A program made the translations under genes and the position numbers. A stretch of DNA of 64,000 nt from Dehalococcoidia bacterium (GTDB lineage Bacteria; Chloroflexota; Dehalococcoidia; Lucifugimonadales; UBA3495). This document shows positions 58,082 to 64,000 of this stretch, in pieces (the stretch's first letter is position 1; each line of letters opens with the position of its first letter). The notes beneath the pieces were generated by a model. It saw only the letters and a program-made list of their open reading frames with translations. It had not been told where the DNA came from and searched no databases. The stretch lies in the NCBI GenBank assembly GCA_965221385.1, contig OZ244885.1, forward strand, positions 1,718,757-1,782,756, read 5' to 3'.

Positions 58082-60130
58082 ATGGCAAATCCCCACTGGC
58101 GGATATGGGTGGACTGGAACGACAACGGGGCCTGGGGCGAAAGCTCCCAAGATTATCGCGAAGACATAACCCCGGACGTGCTGGACCTGTCCTGGAGGTG
58201 GGGTATGCCCGTGGACTGCTCCCGCAACCGCCGCTGGCCGGCCCCGGCCCGCCTGTCGCTGACCCTGCGCAACGGCGGGATGACCTACACTCCGGGCAGT
58301 GCCCTTTCCCCCTTGTCCGGCAAGCTGGCGGTGGGGCGCCGGGTCTGGGCCGCCTTTGCCTATCCCTACGATGATTTTGCGCCGGAGGCCGGCGACGCCG
58401 ACGGAACCGACCTGGCCGGCCGTCTCCCGTCCCTGGGCGACGGCTATCAGTGGACCAAACGCACCACCGGGGCCGCCGGCATAACCCTCTCCCAGGGTCG
58501 GGCGAGGCCCGCCACCGGTTGGGGAGGCGCCATCTACACCCTGGATCTGGGGGACCCGGACGCCCACATTGGCTTCATCTACCGGCGCACCGGGAACGGG
58601 GTGGGCGGCGCGGCCCTGCGGGTGCAGAACCAGTGGGACTACCTGCGCCTGCGGTTCGGGGCCACCGCCACCCTGCTGGAGGATGTTACCTTCGGCTACC
58701 CGTCCATCCTGCGACGGGGCGACCCCCTGTTGGCGGGACGAGACTACTTCATAGAGATTGAACAGCACGGCGGCTCGGTGCGCGTATTCGCCACCGACCT
58801 GGCGGGCAACACCGCCGACCGCAAGACCATTCTGGGAGGCGTGTCCACCGCCGGCAACCGGACGGCCACCAGCCACGGTCTTTGGCACGACGGTACCGCC
58901 AATGCGGCCGCCGAGCGGTGGGCCGAATTCGGCGGCTGGCGCAGTTTCTTCTACGGCTCTCTGACCCACATCTCCCCGGAGCGAGATGGGGCCCTGGGTC
59001 AGGTGTGCCGCTGCCAGGCGCGGGACGACCTCCACCAGCTGGAGCAGATGCCCCTCTTCCACCTGGTAAGCGGAAGGCTCAAGACTTCGGCATCCATCGC
59101 CAACGACATACTCACCTGGTCGGGGTTCAGCCCCAGCCACCGCCGCCTGGACCGGGGCCGGACCCTGGTGGCCACCGAACCCCGGGCCCTGTGGCGAATC
59201 TCCGCCCGGTCGGCCCTGAACTCCCTGGCCGATGAGGAGGACGGGCGCATCTACGTGGACGGCCGGGGCTACCTGCGGCTGGAGTCCGCCGGCCACCGGC
59301 AGGCCGGGGCCCACACCGCCGCTCGCGCCACGCTGCGGGATACCGGAACCGGCGGGCCCAGTTTCGCCGCCCTGGACTGGAATGATGGCAGCGATGCAGT
59401 GGAGAATTCGGTGGCCTTCCGCTATCGGCTGGCGGAGAACCAGGGTACCCAGGAGATTTGGCGCCTGCGGGACGTGGCGGTCATACCCGCCGGCGAAAGC
59501 AGGGACTTCCTGGCCGAGAGCGTCGCCTACGACATGGTAGATTCCTTCATCCTTCCGTTGGCCACCACGGACTACGCCGCCAACTCCCGCGCCGACGGGG
59601 CCGGCGAAGACCTGAAGGCCAGCATTACCGTCAGCCTGCCCCACGCTGCCGCCGGCGCCCCGACCAACCCGTCGGGCCGCTACCGGGGCCGGGGGACGGT
59701 GGTGAGAGTGGCCAACAATCATGCCACGGCCACCGCCTACCTGACCCTGCTGCGGCTGCGGGCCCATCGTACCCACCAGGCGCCGGAGCCGACCAGCTTA
59801 TGGGCCGACAACGCCGCCAGCCAGACTGCCCACGGATTGCGGGATTCTACGGTGGAATGCCGGTTCATAGATCACTACGAGGCGGCCCGGGCCGGCGCCC
59901 AGAGCCGTCTGGCGCGGCGGGGACTGCCCCGACCCCGATTAACCCTGGCCATCGCCGCCGGCAGTGGCGACAACCTGGCGCAGATGGTTAATCGCACCCT
60001 GTCGGACCGGGTGAAGGTGGTGAGCAGCAACCCGACAATCAACGGAGACTTCTACATCGAGGGCATGGAACTGATCGCAAACCCCCGCACCGGGGAACTG
60101 ACTGCCCGTTGGCGGGTGGAAGGGGCCTAG
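58082..60130 (+). CDS. Putative tail-tip/hub (minor tail) protein
   Basis: WVDWNDNG..EDIT.DV, LSLTLRN, FFYG, EDGRIYVDGRG.LR, LSDRVKV..FYIEG resemble Siphoviridae minor tail proteins; last gene of the module. Confidence 0.6.
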   Translation: MANPHWRIWVDWNDNGAWGESSQDYREDITPDVLDLSWRWGMPVDCSRNRRWPAPARLSLTLRNGGMTYTPGSALSPLSGKLAVGRRVWAAFAYPYDDFAPEAGDADGTDLAGRLPSLGDGYQWTKRTTGAAGITLSQGRARPATGWGGAIYTLDLGDPDAHIGFIYRRTGNGVGGAALRVQNQWDYLRLRFGATATLLEDVTFGYPSILRRGDPLLAGRDYFIEIEQHGGSVRVFATDLAGNTADRKTILGGVSTAGNRTATSHGLWHDGTANAAAERWAEFGGWRSFFYGSLTHISPERDGALGQVCRCQARDDLHQLEQMPLFHLVSGRLKTSASIANDILTWSGFSPSHRRLDRGRTLVATEPRALWRISARSALNSLADEEDGRIYVDGRGYLRLESAGHRQAGAHTAARATLRDTGTGGPSFAALDWNDGSDAVENSVAFRYRLAENQGTQEIWRLRDVAVIPAGESRDFLAESVAYDMVDSFILPLATTDYAANSRADGAGEDLKASITVSLPHAAAGAPTNPSGRYRGRGTVVRVANNHATATAYLTLLRLRAHRTHQAPEPTSLWADNAASQTAHGLRDSTVECRFIDHYEAARAGAQSRLARRGLPRPRLTLAIAAGSGDNLAQMVNRTLSDRVKVVSSNPTINGDFYIEGMELIANPRTGELTARWRVEGA

Positions 60131-60379
60131 CCCCCGCGCCGGCACCGGCCATTGCCGGCGAAACCACAAGCCGGCAACCCCGGCAAGTACCAAAACCTGA
60201 GTCATTCGCTACGAATATTTGCCAGCAAAATATTTTCGATTTCCGTAACTGCCGGCATTTGTCCACGGATTAACAATCCGCTTTTCGGAACAAAACTTGA
60301 CGTATTGACACAAAAATGTCATTGCTCTATTATTCGCATTGCTTGTTCCGACAAAGCACTAAAGGGAGCGTACCAACCA

Positions 60380-60820
60380 ATGGATGAACTCGACAAAAAA
60401 ATAATCGCCCTGCTGCAACTGGACGGTCGGGCATCGAACGCCAAAATTGCCAGGGAAGTGGGGGTCAGCGAGGGAACCGTGCGCCGCCGGCTGCGGAAGC
60501 TGCTGGATGACGATGTGGTGAGGGTTGTGGCCGTGCCCAACCTGGAAAAGCTGGGCTTTTCCACCACCGCCCTCATCGGAATGCAGACGGGACCCGGCAA
60601 GTCGGACGTGGTGGCCGAGGCCCTGGTCAACCTGCCCGAGGCCCATTACGTGGCGGTGACCACCGGCGCCTACGATGTGTTCGTCTGGGCCGGCCTGGAA
60701 TCGGCGGAAAGCCTGGGCCAATTCCTGCGCACCAAGATCGGCCCCATCGAAGGGGTACAACGCACGGAAACCTTCGTAAACCTTTCCATCAAAAAGCGCA
60801 CCTACGGCCTGGTCCTGTAA
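60380..60820 (+). CDS. Lrp/AsnC family regulator
   Basis: MDELDKKIIALLQLDGRASNAKIAREVGVSEGTVRRR..TGAYD..RTET. Confidence 0.95.
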   Translation: MDELDKKIIALLQLDGRASNAKIAREVGVSEGTVRRRLRKLLDDDVVRVVAVPNLEKLGFSTTALIGMQTGPGKSDVVAEALVNLPEAHYVAVTTGAYDVFVWAGLESAESLGQFLRTKIGPIEGVQRTETFVNLSIKKRTYGLVL

Positions 60821-60958
60821 CCTGTCGATACCAATAGAAATCGGTGCAATGGGGGCAGTCTTTTCGGCTGCCCCCAATTGGTTTGGGCAGCCCACCCTAT
60901 GCCCTCGGTCCCCAGGAATGGCAGCGTCTGAAGGCCGGCAGAATGACCGGGTTTGGGT

Positions 60959-60986
60959 GTAGGGGCGCCCGGTTGGGCTCCCCTAC
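60959..60986. repeat. Degenerate GTAG-type REP
   Basis: GTAGGGGCGCCC-ggtt-GGGCTCCCCTAC. Confidence 0.6.
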
Positions 60987-61188
60987 GAATGTCAGGGTAA
61001 CACAGTTATCTGGCATGACGATGCAGGTTGCCTTTGGGGTGTGGTCAAGCTAGAATCGTCTAACGTTCCCTTTAATTTTCCTCCAGGTACCAGGCCGGCG
61101 CCGGGCACGGCCTCGGTAGGAGGAATCGGAACCGGAAAGTTCTTGGAAAGCTCGGCGGCGGAGTACCAAAACCTATATTGGAGGAGCC

Positions 61189-62973
61189 ATGAAGCTCAAA
61201 CGGCACATGAGAACCTGGTTCATTGGACTATTGGCCCTGTCGGCCCTGTTGATCATAGCCTGCGGGGGAGCGGCGGAACCCGTGCAGGAACAGCCGGCCG
61301 CGCCGCCGGCAGCAGCCCAGCCCACGGAAACACCCATACCAGACGCCCCGGCCACGGCAGCCCCCCAGGCAACGCCCCTGCCGGCCGATGTCCAGACGGC
61401 CCAGGACTCCATTGTCCTGGTGGTGCCGGAGGAGCCGGTCAACCTCAATTCCTTCCTGAGCATCGGCGGGGCGCTCTACGCCTCGATAACCCGGGCCAAT
61501 CTCCAGGACCCCCTGACCTGGCAATCGGGCGACGACCTGCGCATCGTCCCGACCAGCGCCACCGTCGGTTGGGAGCAGATCGACCCCGCCACCTGGCGCT
61601 TCTTCCTGAGGGAGGGTGTCAAGTTCCATAACGGCGAGCCCTGGAACGCCGAGGCCGCCATGCCCAGCCTTGCCTCCAACGGAAGCCAGGCCTCCGAGGG
61701 CGGCAGCATCATCTACACCGGCGCCTATGACGCCGAGGTGGTGGACGAATACTCGCTGGACATCAACTGCCAGAACGACTGTCCCATATTCCCCAGCACC
61801 TCCTTCTTCCTGGGTTTCGAAGCTCCGGGGTGGCTGGCCGCCACTCCCGAAGAGGACCAGGCTGGCACCAGCATTGGGTTCGGGCCCTACAAGCACGTGG
61901 AGTGGACGCCCGGCGTATCCATTACCCAGACGGCTTACGAAGATTACGTACCCGTCGATGACCACTTCGAGTTCCAGAAGCCCCTGATTCAGAACGTGGA
62001 ATGGCAGTGGCGCGGTGAACCCACCGTCATCGCCGCCATGATTCAGGCGGGAGAGGCGGACATGGGCTGGGACGTGGGTGTCGAACAGTTGGACGCCCTG
62101 CCGGAGGACATGCTGCGCTTCGGTTCTTCCGCAGAGACCTACTCGATGCAGATGGACACGGTGTGGCACCCGGAACTGAGCAAGGTTAAGGTGCGTCAGG
62201 CCATCGCCCATGCCGTAAACTGCCAGGAACTGGTTGAAACCCTCTACAAGGGCTACACCACCTGCCGCGGCAACATCATTTGGCCCGGCATCATCGGCGC
62301 CACCGAAGCGAATACCGCCCCCTACGAGTACAATCCCGAGCTTTCCAGGCAATTGCTGGCAGAGGCGGACTACAACCCGGAGAACACTATCACCCTGATC
62401 TCCCGCGGACAGCGGGTGGCCAAGCAGACGGAAATCTCCGAGGCGGTCCACGCCTATCTGAACGACGTCGGGATCAACTTTGAGTTCCAGATAGTGGAAC
62501 CCTCCATCCGCAGCGCCCGTTCCCGATGTGGCGTTGGTCAGGCAGTCCTCGACGTGCTGGAAGAATCGGGTCGGGACCCCCAGACCACGGAAGCCAGCCG
62601 CGAGGACATGGTTGCGGCCATCGCCAAGGGCGGCTCCAGTTGTGAAGGCATAGACATGATCGGCAACCAGCCTTCCAACGAGACCCTGGACTTTGGCCGG
62701 CAGGTGCTCTACTACATGAACTGCACCAGCCAGCGCTCCGGCGTCTGCGACCCCAGCCCCGGCGGCATCCAGGACCAGATTGACGATGCCCTGGCCGCCT
62801 CGGGGGACGAGCGGCAGCAGAAGCTCCAGGTTCTGGCCGACCGGTTCCGCGAGGAGGTGTACTTCCTGCCCCTCTTCGACCTGCCGGTCATCTACGCCGT
62901 CAACCCCAAGCTCCAGTGGGAACCCCGGCTGGACCCCACCTACCGCGTCAGCGCGATGTGGTTCGAGGAGTAG
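61189..62973 (+). CDS. ABC transporter substrate-binding lipoprotein (family 5, peptide/nickel)
   Basis: Lipobox IIAC, Pro/Ala linker, LREGVKFHNGEP, GFGPYK, VRQAIAHAVN. Confidence 0.9.
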   Translation: MKLKRHMRTWFIGLLALSALLIIACGGAAEPVQEQPAAPPAAAQPTETPIPDAPATAAPQATPLPADVQTAQDSIVLVVPEEPVNLNSFLSIGGALYASITRANLQDPLTWQSGDDLRIVPTSATVGWEQIDPATWRFFLREGVKFHNGEPWNAEAAMPSLASNGSQASEGGSIIYTGAYDAEVVDEYSLDINCQNDCPIFPSTSFFLGFEAPGWLAATPEEDQAGTSIGFGPYKHVEWTPGVSITQTAYEDYVPVDDHFEFQKPLIQNVEWQWRGEPTVIAAMIQAGEADMGWDVGVEQLDALPEDMLRFGSSAETYSMQMDTVWHPELSKVKVRQAIAHAVNCQELVETLYKGYTTCRGNIIWPGIIGATEANTAPYEYNPELSRQLLAEADYNPENTITLISRGQRVAKQTEISEAVHAYLNDVGINFEFQIVEPSIRSARSRCGVGQAVLDVLEESGRDPQTTEASREDMVAAIAKGGSSCEGIDMIGNQPSNETLDFGRQVLYYMNCTSQRSGVCDPSPGGIQDQIDDALAASGDERQQKLQVLADRFREEVYFLPLFDLPVIYAVNPKLQWEPRLDPTYRVSAMWFEE

Positions 62974-63013
62974 GGGAATCGGTTTCCCATTGGCCCATTA
63001 GTCGGGCAAAGGA

Positions 63014-63042
63014 AAGGGGGGTGGCTGCTGGCCACCCCCCTT
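63014..63042. terminator. Bidirectional terminator
   Basis: AAGGGGGGTGGC-tgctg-GCCACCCCCCTT between convergent genes. Confidence 0.7.
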
Positions 63043-63070
63043 ATGTCTCCCACCAAACAACGGCGCTGGG

Positions 63071-63694
63071 CTAGGGTTCGTTCAATCGGAAGGTGACCTT
63101 CCCCTCGGGCCCACGCGCCACGGTGAACAGGGACCAGAACTTGATGCCCCGCGCCTCCACCTTTTCCCGTCCCCCTTCGTCCCGGTCCAGGACGGCGAAG
63201 GCCCAGGCAACCTTCCGGCCGCTTTCCCGTTCGGCCATATCGATGGCCTCCAGCAGGGAATCGCCGGTGGTAACTACGTCATCTACGAAGGCCACCACAT
63301 CGCTGTCGCCGGGGGCCTTTCCCTCCAGCAGCTTTTCCCGACCATACCCTTTCGTTGCCTTCCTCATGTAGAAGGCCGGAATCGGCTGCCCGGTGAAACT
63401 GCTGTAAAGGCAAAGCTGGGAAGCTATGGGAATGGCGCTGTAGGGAGTGCCGCCAATCACCGTTATGCCTTCTATCGCACTCTTTTGCAGCAGTCGTTGG
63501 GCGACGAACTTCGCCCCTTCCGGGTGCATGGTCAACTGTTTGGAATCAAAGTAGTAATCGGAAACCCTGCCGGACGCAAGGGTAAATTCCCCGTACAGCA
63601 GCGCGCCGCACTCTTCCAGCAGGGACATGGCCTCCCCATCAGATTCCAGCTGTGGCTCGATAGCGCCAACCATGTTACTCTCCCAAGGTTCCAA
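63071..63694 (-). CDS. pyrE: Orotate phosphoribosyltransferase
   Basis: GEFTLASG..YYFD, RKATKGYG, FVDDVVTTGDS, VLDR; true start may be 63673 or later. Confidence 0.9.
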   Translation of the reverse strand: MEPWESNMVGAIEPQLESDGEAMSLLEECGALLYGEFTLASGRVSDYYFDSKQLTMHPEGAKFVAQRLLQKSAIEGITVIGGTPYSAIPIASQLCLYSSFTGQPIPAFYMRKATKGYGREKLLEGKAPGDSDVVAFVDDVVTTGDSLLEAIDMAERESGRKVAWAFAVLDRDEGGREKVEARGIKFWSLFTVARGPEGKVTFRLNEP

Positions 63695-63809
63695 GAAGGA
63701 TGCCAGTGTAAGAAATTCTCTGGATAAATTTAGGCTTCAGGGAGTATGCCCCTTCCCGTCTATTGGGTCAACCGGGGCAGTGGGTTGGCAACGGTTCAGG
63801 ATTGCAAGG

Positions 63810-63967
63810 GTAGGGGCGCACGGCTGCGCGCCCCTACGGTGCAAGAGGTTGCGTGTTGGTAATTGGCACCCCCTCTCGGCTGCCGCTCGGAATGACAGGG
63901 AAGGTTGTCTGGGGATGGGGGGATGGTTGCTCTGTTGGTGTAGGGGCGCACGGCTGTGCGCCCCTAC
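63810..63967. repeat. Two GTAG-REPs flanking a partial GTCATTCC unit (cluster probably continues past the window)
   Basis: GTAGGGGCGCAC..GCGCCCCTAC at 63810-63837 and 63940-63967; CGCTCGGAATGACAGG at about 63885. Confidence 0.8.
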
Positions 63968-64000
63968 GGTGCGAGGGGTTGCGTGTTTGCCATTGGCAGC

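Noticed and set aside
2197-60130. One continuous 58-kb prophage
   Set aside because: The interior is host metabolic and housekeeping genes plus a tRNA on both strands, with no integrase, replication or lysis genes and no att pair seen.
57014-60130. Contractile injection system or tailocin
   Set aside because: No sheath, baseplate wedge or spike genes, and head genes are present.

Overview
GC-rich bacterial chromosome segment. The gene mix (luciferase-like monooxygenase, F420-dependent nitroreductase, tandem SDRs, MaoC pair, family III CoA-transferase, GMC oxidoreductase, AOR) suggests a Chloroflexota/Dehalococcoidia (SAR202-like) host; this is inference, not a marker-gene call. Most of the window is metabolic or housekeeping (AOR-moaD-mobA, thiolase, tRNA-Ala, ABC transporters, qNor, trxB, aconitase, ferredoxin, Lrp, pyrE), with small defence/TA insertions and two families of REP-like palindromic repeats. 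The main signal is a set of intact tailed-phage virion genes split into two compact modules about 49 kb apart. The packaging module is Zn-ribbon ORF, large terminase and HK97-type portal, followed by PadR (about 1.96-5.7 kb). The head-tail module is prohead protease, major capsid, head-tail adaptor, tail completion, tail tube and tail-tip protein (53.8-60.1 kb). Both sit among host genes, with no integrase, replication or lysis genes recognisable in the window. Both are preceded by the same ungapped 53-bp promoter-like motif (37/53 identical: TTGAC-N5-GGATTGCAC..TAGCnT) and by a leader terminator hairpin containing GGGTCGGTC. This pattern fits a domesticated, co-regulated gene-transfer-agent-like system. 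Other oddities are a Swt1/HEPN-DUF1998 pseudo-helicase with eroded catalytic motifs, a one-polypeptide PAS-kinase-REC-wHTH regulator facing qNor, and a eukaryote-like P450. All family calls come from motif recognition by eye; no database searches were run.
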